A stretch of 64,000 nt of DNA from an archaeon (lineage in GTDB: Archaea; Asgardarchaeota; Thorarchaeia; Thorarchaeales; Thorarchaeaceae). A program made the position numbers and the translations under genes. Below, in pieces: positions 30,473-39,953 of the stretch. The notes beneath the pieces are model-generated. The model was given only the letters and a program-made list of their open reading frames with translations. It was not told the DNA's origin and ran no database searches. The DNA lies in the NCBI GenBank assembly GCA_024276825.1, contig JAJRWI010000050.1:1-64000 (forward strand), in the 5' to 3' direction. Each line of letters starts with the position of its first letter. Position 1 is the stretch's first letter.

Positions 30473-31564
30473 TTATGAAGAAACGACATGTTGATAGACA
30501 TTTTCTATGAGCGTGATTTGCTTATTCCAAGAGTATTTTCTAAGGACCTTTTCACGACATCTTGCACCCATTCTCTTCCTCATCGACTTGTCCTCTGCAA
30601 GAGTACGCATGGCATCCACAAGTGCATTCCTGTTCTCAGGCTCAACAAGTATTCCCTCATCAGGGGTGAGCAAGTGTCTTGTTGCGCCTATTGCAGTAGT
30701 AATCACTGGAATTCCACATGACATTGCCTCAATCACACTTAGGCCAAGACCCCCTATGTTCTGAGGGATGACAAAAATGTCCGCACTCTGAAGAATGAGC
30801 GGGACTTGATTATGACTCACCGCACCCAACCAACGAATGGACCCATTATGGTCATACTCATCTATCACATGTTTCAAAAGGCCATCCCCCACAAGTGTTA
30901 GACGTGAGTCTTTGTTCTCCTGATGATACGCTTGAAATGCCTCTAGAAGAATGTGAACTCCCTTATCAAGACTTAGGCGTCCCACAAAGATGAAATCCAC
31001 TAAACCATTGTCCCCCTTACTCCTACATGGTTGAAACAGCTTTGTGTCAACCCCATTGATCACAATTGACATCTTCTCTGGCGGTATGCCAAATTGTTTC
31101 ATAAATGACCTTTGCATTGGGTCGACAAGAATTATGTGATTGTATCTCTTTGCAGCAAATATAGATGCCTTCCAAGCAATGTTGAATCCAATTGTAAACA
31201 GAGGGCCGCCTCCTGCATAGGCGAGATGAAATGTTGTGACAATTGGGGGGAGGCTCTTCTTGAAAAAGGGAATTAAGAACTCTGATGAACTCGAATTCAT
31301 TTGAACATGGATGACTTCAATGTCGTTTCTGATGCACTCATTCACAATAATCTTTACAGCACTGGGTGCGTCAAGCCAAAAATGGGGGTTCATGGCTCGT
31401 GCAGGAAAAGTATGTACATTCTCTGATGGAAGTCCCTTCACATTTGGAGTCTGAGTGAACACATGGACATCATGTCCATTCCGAAGCAGACCCTTCAATA
31501 GATGATCTGCACGTGTGCATAGACCATCGGCTGCTCCGAATTTACTCACTAGTCCAATTCTCAA
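30473..31564 (-). CDS. GT4 family glycosyltransferase
   Basis: NGVD, FVGRL..KG, SVIEAMSCGIPV; likely TTG start 31564 after GGAGTG. Confidence 0.88.
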   Translation of the reverse strand: MRIGLVSKFGAADGLCTRADHLLKGLLRNGHDVHVFTQTPNVKGLPSENVHTFPARAMNPHFWLDAPSAVKIIVNECIRNDIEVIHVQMNSSSSEFLIPFFKKSLPPIVTTFHLAYAGGGPLFTIGFNIAWKASIFAAKRYNHIILVDPMQRSFMKQFGIPPEKMSIVINGVDTKLFQPCRSKGDNGLVDFIFVGRLSLDKGVHILLEAFQAYHQENKDSRLTLVGDGLLKHVIDEYDHNGSIRWLGAVSHNQVPLILQSADIFVIPQNIGGLGLSVIEAMSCGIPVITTAIGATRHLLTPDEGILVEPENRNALVDAMRTLAEDKSMRKRMGARCREKVLRKYSWNKQITLIENVYQHVVSS

Positions 31565-31625
31565 GACTATCCACTCCAAGCACACTCTGACTGATTGCCA
31601 TCTTCTTTTAGACTCTTCGGAACTC

Positions 31626-32282
31626 TTAGGTATGAATCGGTTGATGAGTCGCATAATATCTACATACATATGAGATTGAACACGTACTACACTGTGGTCT
31701 TCTTGCCTTGCATGTGCGTCTTCCATGTGTTCCAATCAATCGCGAGTACTCGTACCATTGAGGTCTGGGAATAACCTGCATTAAGATGCGCTCTACCTTA
31801 TCACGACTCTTCATCTCATCAGTAAATCCTATGCGTTGAGTGACTCGCATCACATGAGTGTCAACAACAACGCCCTCATTTACTCTAAAGGCCACAGATA
31901 GGACCACATTTGCAGTCTTTCTATTAACTCCTGGTAGGCTAATCAAGTCCTTCATATTACAAGGGATCCGGCCTGCAAATCTCTCAACAATCAATCTTGC
32001 CGACTCACGAATATAATGAGCTTTTCGATTATAGGTGCCGCATGGTCTGATGACATCAATGATATCTCTAATATTCGCCATCATTAGGTCCTGTGGTCCA
32101 GGATATCTTTCAAAGAGAATGGGAATCACACGATTGACACATGCATCAGTGGTACTTGCTGACAGGATTGTGGCAATGAGCAATTGATACTCATTGTTAT
32201 AGTTCAGATATGTGTATGGCGCGTCAGGATACGACTCACTTAGAACCTGCATTATTTTACGCGCTCGATCCTTAATATTCAA
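31626..32282 (-). CDS. nth: Endonuclease III
   Basis: HhH LPGVNRKTA (catalytic K), VDTHV, C-x6-C-x2-C-x5-C Fe-S motif. Confidence 0.92.
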   Translation of the reverse strand: MNIKDRARKIMQVLSESYPDAPYTYLNYNNEYQLLIATILSASTTDACVNRVIPILFERYPGPQDLMMANIRDIIDVIRPCGTYNRKAHYIRESARLIVERFAGRIPCNMKDLISLPGVNRKTANVVLSVAFRVNEGVVVDTHVMRVTQRIGFTDEMKSRDKVERILMQVIPRPQWYEYSRLIGTHGRRTCKARRPQCSTCSISYVCRYYATHQPIHT

Positions 32283-32353
32283 ACAGCCTCACACTCTAGA
32301 TTGATGATGCAAGTCAGATTATAATTCTGGTCATTGGCTACTGCTATTGAACA

Positions 32354-33745
32354 TTACTTTATTCTTGTTAAGATTCCGATAATTATCAGATTTAGAAGCA
32401 GTACGGATGAGAACAGCATATCTGGACCAATGTACGCGTATATTACGCTCGCAAGGAAGGGCCCCACTGATTTGACAAGGTATGTTATGACCCAAAACAA
32501 TCCCAAGAATTTCGAGGCATCTGAACTGGGCAGATTCTTACGAATTATCACAAGCAACACCAGCCACCATAGTGTGTCGTTGATCGTTTTTATAAAGATG
32601 GCTAAGAAGGGTGTTGTGAACACACCACCAAGACCCGTGATGAACTGCTCAGCTGCAAAGAACCAACTGCTTGGCGCCCAGAGAGGAAAGTATGATGCAA
32701 TCAGAATCAATCCCGCACAAACAGGCATTAATGAATAGAGTGCAATTGATGCCCTTCTCACTCCAAACCGATCAGATAACCTGCCTGTGATTAATAGTAG
32801 TGGGGCTTGAACCAATAGGGTGAACATGATTATGAATATGACCCCCTCATATGAGACTCCCAAAGTTTCGTTGGTATAAACGAGTGCACCGAATCGAAAG
32901 AACGAGTCGCTCAATGCATCAATACATACAACCACCATTATTAATGGGATTGTGCGAAGCAATGTCTTTGCTGACTTCAGATTCTCAGCCAGAAAGTCTC
33001 TCAAGAGTGACCGATCATTGGACCGAGATTTTGTATCACCTCCAGTCAGAAAGGCCGCTCTAATCACGCTACAACCAATGACTAGAAACCCCCCCACAAG
33101 ATATAGAGTTCGCATGGCTGGTCCGAATCCCACTACTGGTACTAAGAAACCCAATCCAAGAAGAACAAGAATCCCAAATGTACGCCCTGCAGTGAATAGG
33201 GACAGCCCGAGCCCGCTGTGTTCTTTTGGAATATTACTAATAATGAATGCCGAAGAACCTCCCTTGACGAGATTCAAAGTCGAGTAGAATAGAAATCCAA
33301 GGACCACCATCTCAAAGGACACAAACGTGCCAAGGACAATATAGAACAAGCCAGCTATTAGCAAAGAAACGACCGCGAGAATCTTTCTATTAACAACATC
33401 ACCTACATATCCTCCAATCAATCTGCAGACAGTGGATGAAACAGTGACCACGCTTGCAACTGCCCCGATGGTAATAAAGTCCCATTGTAGAGTTCTGAGA
33501 TACAGAACGTCAAAATAGCCAAGAATCATAAATGATGAGAGGACCCATGAGGTAAACAGAAAGACGGCATAGTTGTTCCATTTGAAGAGTTCATGTATTG
33601 ACTGTTTCATGCTCATCGAACTGGGTCTACTGCCCTTCTCTGGCTGAATTGATGAGGGAAAATCATCATCAATTGTCACACCCTCAGACCTCCCTGATTC
33701 TGCATCGAGAATTGGCTTTTCAGTGTCTAATGATTGCTCATCCAA
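32354..33745 (-). CDS. MFS transporter
   Basis: About 12 TM, GGYVGDVVNRK and GRLSDRFGVRR loop motifs. Confidence 0.88.
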   Translation of the reverse strand: MDEQSLDTEKPILDAESGRSEGVTIDDDFPSSIQPEKGSRPSSMSMKQSIHELFKWNNYAVFLFTSWVLSSFMILGYFDVLYLRTLQWDFITIGAVASVVTVSSTVCRLIGGYVGDVVNRKILAVVSLLIAGLFYIVLGTFVSFEMVVLGFLFYSTLNLVKGGSSAFIISNIPKEHSGLGLSLFTAGRTFGILVLLGLGFLVPVVGFGPAMRTLYLVGGFLVIGCSVIRAAFLTGGDTKSRSNDRSLLRDFLAENLKSAKTLLRTIPLIMVVVCIDALSDSFFRFGALVYTNETLGVSYEGVIFIIMFTLLVQAPLLLITGRLSDRFGVRRASIALYSLMPVCAGLILIASYFPLWAPSSWFFAAEQFITGLGGVFTTPFLAIFIKTINDTLWWLVLLVIIRKNLPSSDASKFLGLFWVITYLVKSVGPFLASVIYAYIGPDMLFSSVLLLNLIIIGILTRIK

Positions 33746-33888
33746 TATTTAACCATCTCCATATTCGGAGTAACACATACTCTAGAACTTAGTATGGTGC
33801 ATGCTCACACTCATGTAGGTCCAACAGTATTTATCCTCGTAGCCTTCTGAAATGATCGAAAACTTCAACACTGCAAATAGTTAGCCCC

Positions 33889-33915
33889 CACCTGGGAGGG
33901 TTTTACTCCCAGGTG
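33889..33915 (-). terminator. 10-bp perfect hairpin closing the micro-ORF cassette
   Basis: CACCTGGGAG-N7-CTCCCAGGTG. Confidence 0.55.
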
Positions 33916-33942
33916 AGCCATGCAATGCTCTCATGCTCACAT

Positions 33943-34194
33943 CTAGCATTCAGTGACCAACACTTTGACATTACCGTCTTCGGTTGGCATTGCGATCAGT
34001 CTATGGGTGCAGATGTCCGCTGTGAGAACACAGCATTCGGGTGGATTGGATGCAGTCATTAGGTTCCTGACTGCCATCTCCAAGTTGAGGGCAACAAGAA
34101 GCACTATCTCTGAATCCGAGTAGGGGTCTACCTCCCGGGTAGTGATAGAGCCTGCAAAAGCCCTTGGTATTACCTCTAATTCTGTTCTGATCAT
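33943..34194 (-). CDS. Small protein, possibly roadblock/LC7-like
   Basis: 83 aa, AAGGAG SD upstream, helix followed by three beta strands. Confidence 0.65.
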   Translation of the reverse strand: MIRTELEVIPRAFAGSITTREVDPYSDSEIVLLVALNLEMAVRNLMTASNPPECCVLTADICTHRLIAMPTEDGNVKVLVTEC

Positions 34195-34225
34195 TTCGTT
34201 TTCTCCTTTAATTGTTGAAACCTGT

Positions 34226-34273
34226 TTAATATGGCTCTGGGTCTGGTGATCCTGGTGTTGTAGGTCCAGTCAT
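34226..34273 (-). CDS. 15-aa peptide MTGPTTPGSPDPEPY
   Basis: ATG..TAA preceded by AAGGAGTGAT SD; below the ORF-track cutoff. Confidence 0.5.
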   Translation of the reverse strand: MTGPTTPGSPDPEPY

Positions 34274-34356
34274 GTCTATCACTCCTTCCGTGTTTTTTCT
34301 CTCAGTTTGGGCTGGCAAATTCTAGCGAGCAATCATATGCCAAGATGGTCCCCGTT

Positions 34357-34509
34357 TCAGAATGGACAAGGGTCTTCGCAAGGTGGGGGTACAAGTGTTG
34401 AAAGTCCTTCAACAATCCCCATAGACAGAAGCAACAATGTCAGTTGATTTCTTGTCATTGACTCATAGATTCTTCGAAGGCTCTGTACATTGCAATTATG
34501 ATCACTCAT
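34357..34509 (-). CDS. 50-aa peptide MSDHNCNVQSLRRIYESMTRNQLTLLLLSMGIVEGLSTLVPPPCEDPCPF
   Basis: ATG..TGA preceded by GGTGAG SD; below the ORF-track cutoff. Confidence 0.55.
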   Translation of the reverse strand: MSDHNCNVQSLRRIYESMTRNQLTLLLLSMGIVEGLSTLVPPPCEDPCPF

Positions 34510-34525
34510 CTAGACTCACCAGCTC

Positions 34526-34545
34526 AGTTCGATAATAATCGAACT
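34526..34545. promoter_or_regulatory. 8-bp inverted repeat, candidate operator in a divergent promoter
   Basis: AGTTCGAT-AATA-ATCGAACT just upstream of the 50-aa ORF SD. Confidence 0.45.
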
Positions 34546-34618
34546 TTTACTATGATTACTTGAATTGTTTCGAATATAATATGGTGCGATGCAAAAATCC
34601 GTATGAAATCAGCACTAT

Positions 34619-35821
34619 ATGGCGATTTATGAGCGGTATTCATCGAGCAATCTTACTAAATATCGAATATTGACTAATCTGGCACAAAACAAATATACGC
34701 ATCTAAACAATTGGCCAACGGTCATATTGAATGAATTCACTCCTCTCACACAGAAAGAGCTCACACTGGTCAGTAGGGTGGCATTGAATCCCACACTACG
34801 ACAGATAGATTTGGCAAGGACACTAGATGTGACAAGATCTGCAGTCAACCAAATCTGGAAAAGGCTAGCAAGAGAACATCATCTCAAAGTCAAATCACTT
34901 GTAAACTATGGCAAGCTTGGCATCAACTGGATCTTTGGATGGGCAGAAGATTCTACTATCAGTCCGGAACTTGACAAGTTTGTCAACTGGTTAACTCTTA
35001 CTCCTTATGCCACCCAAATCGAAGAATCGATAATTTCCTCATCAATGAACAGAGTGATCTACTTTGAGGCATTGGTTCCTTTTGGTGAGAAGACATATCA
35101 GTTTAAACAGCAACTCGATCGCTTTCGAAAGCGACCCTATGATATTCAGGTTGATTATGACCATGTGGATCATACACGAGATGCATTAAATTTAGGTAGA
35201 TTTGATGGCAGCAAGTGGAATTTGGAGGACGAGTTCAGGCTCAGCACAATCATGGGTGCCACAAAGAGTTTTGTTGAAATCTTACCCATTGAGAGAACAT
35301 TAAGAATTGGCCATGAATATGCAGCGCCTACTGAGTTTGCAATAGCAGCAATTCTTCAACGGGACTATCATGTATCCTCCAGAAAACTGCAAAAAGCACT
35401 AATTGAGAAGTTTGCACTTGATATTGCAGACCGAACATTAAGGCGGAAACTACCACAGATTCGCTCTTCATTTGTAATGCCATACGTGTCAATTGACCAG
35501 ATCGGTCTCACTCAGACCATCCTATTTCACTTCAAGTTCATTGACGACTCGACTAATATGACTCGATTTCTTCATGCTCAGACAAACATGTTCCCAAAGA
35601 CCAGAATTCTCTTTGGAAGGGGAATGGCAGTACTAAGACTACGTCTGCCTTCGAATGTTAATTGGCTTGCAATGACAGAATCGTTTATGCATAATTTAAA
35701 AGGTACCTCTGATGTAACAGCATGCATAATCGATGCACCATTGCTTCAAAAGGAATTAGAACATGTATATCCCTATTTTGTGAAACACTCAGATAAGATA
35801 TCCAGACGTGAAATGATGTGA
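34619..35821 (+). CDS. Large duplicated wHTH (Lrp/AsnC-like) regulator
   Basis: QIDLARTLDVTRSAVNQIWKRL HTH; second HTH-like SSRKLQKAL..DRTLRRKL; true start may be downstream. Confidence 0.7.
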   Translation: MAIYERYSSSNLTKYRILTNLAQNKYTHLNNWPTVILNEFTPLTQKELTLVSRVALNPTLRQIDLARTLDVTRSAVNQIWKRLAREHHLKVKSLVNYGKLGINWIFGWAEDSTISPELDKFVNWLTLTPYATQIEESIISSSMNRVIYFEALVPFGEKTYQFKQQLDRFRKRPYDIQVDYDHVDHTRDALNLGRFDGSKWNLEDEFRLSTIMGATKSFVEILPIERTLRIGHEYAAPTEFAIAAILQRDYHVSSRKLQKALIEKFALDIADRTLRRKLPQIRSSFVMPYVSIDQIGLTQTILFHFKFIDDSTNMTRFLHAQTNMFPKTRILFGRGMAVLRLRLPSNVNWLAMTESFMHNLKGTSDVTACIIDAPLLQKELEHVYPYFVKHSDKISRREMM

Positions 35822-37275
35822 AGAACAACAGGACTCATCAAGATGAATCATTCAACAACTCCATCTATTCTGGTATGTCAATCCAATTCGAAACATCCTA
35901 TGATAATCTGTTTCCATCAAGTGATGATCCCGCAATTCAATTCTATATCGACATGATGCGCATCTATCTGGGAATCTATGAGGGGAAGATTAACTTTGAA
36001 CAGGCCCTGAGGGCTGTGGAAGAGCTGAAGAGAAACCCAGAATTTGTGAAGTTTCCCACTAACCCTGCAGTTCTTCCGATCAATGAGGAATTCAAGAACA
36101 GAATAATTGATAATCTTCAATCTATCCAGAAATATAATCTTGTGACAGTTGACTCTATTCGTTCTGCCTATACCTTTGCATTCCTTATGCAGACAATGAA
36201 TATGAATGAAGTTGACGTCAATGTGCTAAGATATCTTGTGGATAATCCTCTTGCTCCCAATAACAAGATTGCAAGAGAATTTGGTCTGGCTGCAAAGACT
36301 GTGGCCAGAGCGCTAAAAAGCCTGAGAGAAAGAAACCGACTTAGATTCACATGTCTTGTGGATGCTAGCACCTTTGGTATCAACTGGGTGGTCCTGTTCT
36401 TTTCCATGCGGGATGAGGCCGAATGGCCCATCATTGATACCGTATTGGCATCATTTCCTTTCACAAAATATGTGCTAAAAACCGCCATGTCTGGAATTGG
36501 CTATGCCTCATTTCTCATTCCGGGCGACAAGTCTAATCTAAGCACATTTCTCTCAGGGATAAAGAGATTGACTTCATCATATTTTGATTATTGTAGCATT
36601 CATGTTCAAACTGCCCAAGGTACTGGTGTGAACATGTCCCTATATGGTGCTGGGGCTTGGAAGTTTCCGACTATTCTACATGACTTCGCAAATTATCTGG
36701 AGATTGAAACTAATAAGCGAATGCCCATGCATATAGAGAACCAAGGGGTCATCAGGGGTCTTTCTGTCAATGATTTCTATATAGCCTCACACCTGAAAAT
36801 CAATTATCGCGCCTCAAGTGGTGAAATCCAGACTGCTCTTTCAATACATGACAAGACAATGACACCTGTTCAAATATCACGATCAATACGCAAGCTGACA
36901 AAAACGGGAATCGTTCATCCTTATATTGTATTTACCAACATCGGTCTGACTGCTCACTTTGCCTTTGAGATGGTCTGCAATGAGAAGACTAGAGATATGA
37001 TCATCAGGGCATTATCATATACTCCAAAATCAACATATTTTGTGTCCGATAGGGGAATTGTGGCATGGATACAGGCCCCCAGTGAACATCAGGTGGAATA
37101 CTACAAACTCTTTAGATCGTTAGAGCAGAACCAATATGTGGACTCTATGCAATCCATTATGACAGTCACTCGATCAGGATCCCGTTCAATGATTGATCTG
37201 ATAGCAGGATGGACATTCACAAAGCAGGGTTGGACAGTATCTAAGGACATGCTCATGATAACTGATTATCTGTAA
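35818..37275 (+). CDS. Large duplicated wHTH (Lrp/AsnC-like) regulator with extra N-terminal helical domain
   Basis: NNKIAREFGLAAKTVARALKSL HTH; second HTH SSGEIQTAL..QISRSIRKL. Confidence 0.72.
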   Translation: MKNNRTHQDESFNNSIYSGMSIQFETSYDNLFPSSDDPAIQFYIDMMRIYLGIYEGKINFEQALRAVEELKRNPEFVKFPTNPAVLPINEEFKNRIIDNLQSIQKYNLVTVDSIRSAYTFAFLMQTMNMNEVDVNVLRYLVDNPLAPNNKIAREFGLAAKTVARALKSLRERNRLRFTCLVDASTFGINWVVLFFSMRDEAEWPIIDTVLASFPFTKYVLKTAMSGIGYASFLIPGDKSNLSTFLSGIKRLTSSYFDYCSIHVQTAQGTGVNMSLYGAGAWKFPTILHDFANYLEIETNKRMPMHIENQGVIRGLSVNDFYIASHLKINYRASSGEIQTALSIHDKTMTPVQISRSIRKLTKTGIVHPYIVFTNIGLTAHFAFEMVCNEKTRDMIIRALSYTPKSTYFVSDRGIVAWIQAPSEHQVEYYKLFRSLEQNQYVDSMQSIMTVTRSGSRSMIDLIAGWTFTKQGWTVSKDMLMITDYL

Positions 37276-37301
37276 ACCACTTGAGAATAAACGAGTCAGT
37301 C

Positions 37302-38213
37302 TCATTGACTGAAGTCCGATATTGCCTTGGCAAGTCGTTCTGTCTGTGTCTTGCTTGCACCAACAGGAGGGCCAAAGACAACTATATCCACACTGCATTT
37401 AGAGAGTCTTTCAATATATTGAAGTATATCTCCCTCATTGCCACAGAGACCAAATCGGGCAAGCACATCCTTTGGAATGAGATCAATGACCTCCTGTGTG
37501 ATGCCTCCATGCAGCCTTAATGCCTCCTTTGCAGGTCCAATTCTATCAAGCAAACCGAATCTTGATGCAACCGATTTGGTCAATCCCAGAGCTATGACTG
37601 CAGCTGAATGCATGAATGAAATGTTGTCTTTACATTCATCGTCCGACACATTTGTTGGTGGAAAGACACCAATCTGAAATCCTTTGGAAGCCTCCTGCAA
37701 CAGGGACATGGCCCATAATATCATCTCAGGCTCAGTATAATTCAACAGTACTCCATCTGCATGCATCGAGAGTGAGATCATCTTTGGGCCCTGAGCGCCC
37801 ACAAACACGGAAGAGCTCAGACCACGCTTGTCAATTTCCACTTTTAGCTCATCTATGAATTGCCTCATTCTTTCTATCAAGCCTTTAGTCTTGAATGGTA
37901 TACCAATTCGGTTAAGCATACCTCGATCACCTGGGCCAATAAGCATATCAAATGAGTCGCCATATTTTGAGGAGAGTGTGTCAACAAACCTGACTATTTG
38001 TTGTACATCATAGAGAAATGGCGATAAGAGGCCCAGACCTAGTCTACATGGGATGTTCTCTTCTGCAAGAGCGGCCGCAACTACTGATGATAGGCGTGTT
38101 CCTGGAAAGTCGATAATCCAGACCCTATCAAATCCATTGTTTGATGCAATAGTGGCAATTCTCAACACTTTTTGTAACGGTTCATGAATGTTCACTGCAA
38201 TCTCCATTCTCAA
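37302..38213 (-). CDS. LLM class flavin/F420-dependent oxidoreductase (Mer-like, divergent)
   Basis: GFDRVWI, VFVGAQGPKM, ADGVLLN, VFGPPVG. Confidence 0.8.
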   Translation of the reverse strand: MRMEIAVNIHEPLQKVLRIATIASNNGFDRVWIIDFPGTRLSSVVAAALAEENIPCRLGLGLLSPFLYDVQQIVRFVDTLSSKYGDSFDMLIGPGDRGMLNRIGIPFKTKGLIERMRQFIDELKVEIDKRGLSSSVFVGAQGPKMISLSMHADGVLLNYTEPEMILWAMSLLQEASKGFQIGVFPPTNVSDDECKDNISFMHSAAVIALGLTKSVASRFGLLDRIGPAKEALRLHGGITQEVIDLIPKDVLARFGLCGNEGDILQYIERLSKCSVDIVVFGPPVGASKTQTERLAKAISDFSQ

Positions 38214-39208
38214 CTAATGTACTCTCCTGCGATTTCGGTAGATATGTCGGTTATTGCATCCCTCCATTCACCTATGAAGGGAGGCCCAATTACAACTTCA
38301 TCGGCCCCTATATGATGGAGAGTTGAAAAGCCCTCAATCATCTCTTGACAGCTACCAGATATTGCAAACATGTCCATAATCTCTCTGGTTATGAGGGGGG
38401 CCGCTTTTGAGGGTCCTCCTTCCAAGACACTCTTCTTAATATTCCTGATAAGATCATGATCAACATCAAGGAGGTCTATTACTGGATCTGGAGTATCAGC
38501 AACAACAATAGCAACTACTCGTTTTGCAAGCTTTTCAGTGCCTCCCCTAAATGTGGGTATGGTGGGCAACCAGACTACCCGCTCGATGTCTGCAGGGTTT
38601 CTCCTAGCCTTACGCGCGGCAGTATTGAGAATCTTAATGGCCTGTTTAATGTAGTCCACAGGACCAGACAGAATGACTCCATCCGCAATCTCTCCTGCAA
38701 GACGAAGCATCTGTGGCCCTCTAACACCAAGGAACACAGGAATTTTGATGGGGCTTTCCAGTCTAAGCTGAAAATTATTGATGGATGTAAGTTCAGTTTC
38801 AGCAGTGATTGATTCTCCCCCCCAGAGAGCTCTAAGAATTCGTACCCAGTTCCTTAATTCGGTTACCGGCCGCCTAATTGTAATGCCCAATCTCTGAATA
38901 TCTTGGATTCCACCAATTCCTATGCCAATAGCCAGTCTGTCATTGCCAATCTCTTGAAGGGCCACTCCGGCTCTTGCTATAGTGACAATGTGATTTGTGG
39001 CAATAGGAATGATTGCAGTCCCAACTCTCACTGATGACTGCAACAATGCAAAAGCAGTAAGAGTGTAGATGTCTTGTCCAATGTTGATGTCCTCACCAAT
39101 CCAAATGCAATTGACATCCAGATTGGATGCATTCTTTATTATCCAATCAGTGACATCAGCTGACAGCCCAGTTGTGATTCCTATACTTATGCGATACAAT
39201 CGGCACAA
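38210..39208 (-). CDS. LLM class flavin/F420-dependent oxidoreductase (Mer-like)
   Basis: IWIGED, IPVFLGVRGPQMLRLAGEIADGV, VIGPPF. Confidence 0.85.
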   Translation of the reverse strand: MCRLYRISIGITTGLSADVTDWIIKNASNLDVNCIWIGEDINIGQDIYTLTAFALLQSSVRVGTAIIPIATNHIVTIARAGVALQEIGNDRLAIGIGIGGIQDIQRLGITIRRPVTELRNWVRILRALWGGESITAETELTSINNFQLRLESPIKIPVFLGVRGPQMLRLAGEIADGVILSGPVDYIKQAIKILNTAARKARRNPADIERVVWLPTIPTFRGGTEKLAKRVVAIVVADTPDPVIDLLDVDHDLIRNIKKSVLEGGPSKAAPLITREIMDMFAISGSCQEMIEGFSTLHHIGADEVVIGPPFIGEWRDAITDISTEIAGEYIS

Positions 39209-39287
39209 GGCTCCTTATCTAATTCGTAATCAACTAGCGTAATGTGAAGATATAAGTCATGATGACAAAGAATCCTCTTGATTTCAA

Positions 39288-39953
39288 GTGATGAGTATTG
39301 ACAAGTCTAAAGTGGCGAAACTCAGGAGAGTCCTATTGAACTGGGCTAGAAAGAACCTGCGAGATTTTCCTTGGCGAAGGACAAGTGATCCTTTTACTAT
39401 ATTATTGGCAGAGATGCTTCTCCGTAGGACTACATCTACTGCAGTGGCCCGTGTGTTTCCTGAGATTGTCAATCACTATGGTTCGTTATATGACCTTGCC
39501 AATGCTGATGTAAATGAGATTGCAGAGCATCTTAAAACACTCGGACTACAGAACACAAGGGCACGCCAGCTAAAAGAAGCAGCATCCAAAATTGTCAAAG
39601 AACACAATGGCGAAATCCCAAGCAATCATGAAGCCCTGCTTAATCTTCCCGGTGTTGGAAGATACATCGCCTCAGCAGTAATGAACTTTGCATTTGGAGT
39701 TCCCATGCCTATGGTTGATGGAAACATTGTTCATTTTTTAAGGAGAGTCTTTGGCATTGATCTGAGGGGTATGAATGACAAACTGGCATGGTTTCTCATG
39801 AGTGAAATCGGTGGCGCTAGGCAGGAAAAGATGCTCTACTGGGCAATAATCGACATTGTGTCCCAGTTATGTCTGAGGAGAAAGCCTCGATGCGGTAATT
39901 GCCCCATTCAAAATCTATGCGAGTCTGCTGATGAACTTATGTTAGACAGGTAG
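39288..39953 (+). CDS. HhH-GPD DNA glycosylase, Mig/MutY type (probable T/U:G mismatch glycosylase)
   Basis: RDFPWR, EMLLRRT, LPGVGRY, VDGN, C-x6-C-x2-C-x5-C. Confidence 0.8.
   Translation: MMSIDKSKVAKLRRVLLNWARKNLRDFPWRRTSDPFTILLAEMLLRRTTSTAVARVFPEIVNHYGSLYDLANADVNEIAEHLKTLGLQNTRARQLKEAASKIVKEHNGEIPSNHEALLNLPGVGRYIASAVMNFAFGVPMPMVDGNIVHFLRRVFGIDLRGMNDKLAWFLMSEIGGARQEKMLYWAIIDIVSQLCLRRKPRCGNCPIQNLCESADELMLDR

Noticed and set aside
31565-31735. N-terminal extension of the GT4 ORF overlapping nth
   Set aside because: An SD-preceded TTG at 31564 gives a normal GT4 start without overlap
33889-33915. Hairpin considered as a SECIS element for the TGA ending the 50-aa ORF
   Set aside because: No AUGA/GA kink-turn core adjacent to the stem; read-through would add only a few residues
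33881-33934. 17-aa ORF MRALHGSPGSKTLPGGG ending in Gly-Gly on the minus strand
   Set aside because: No well-spaced SD, and it coincides with the terminator-like hairpin that explains its composition
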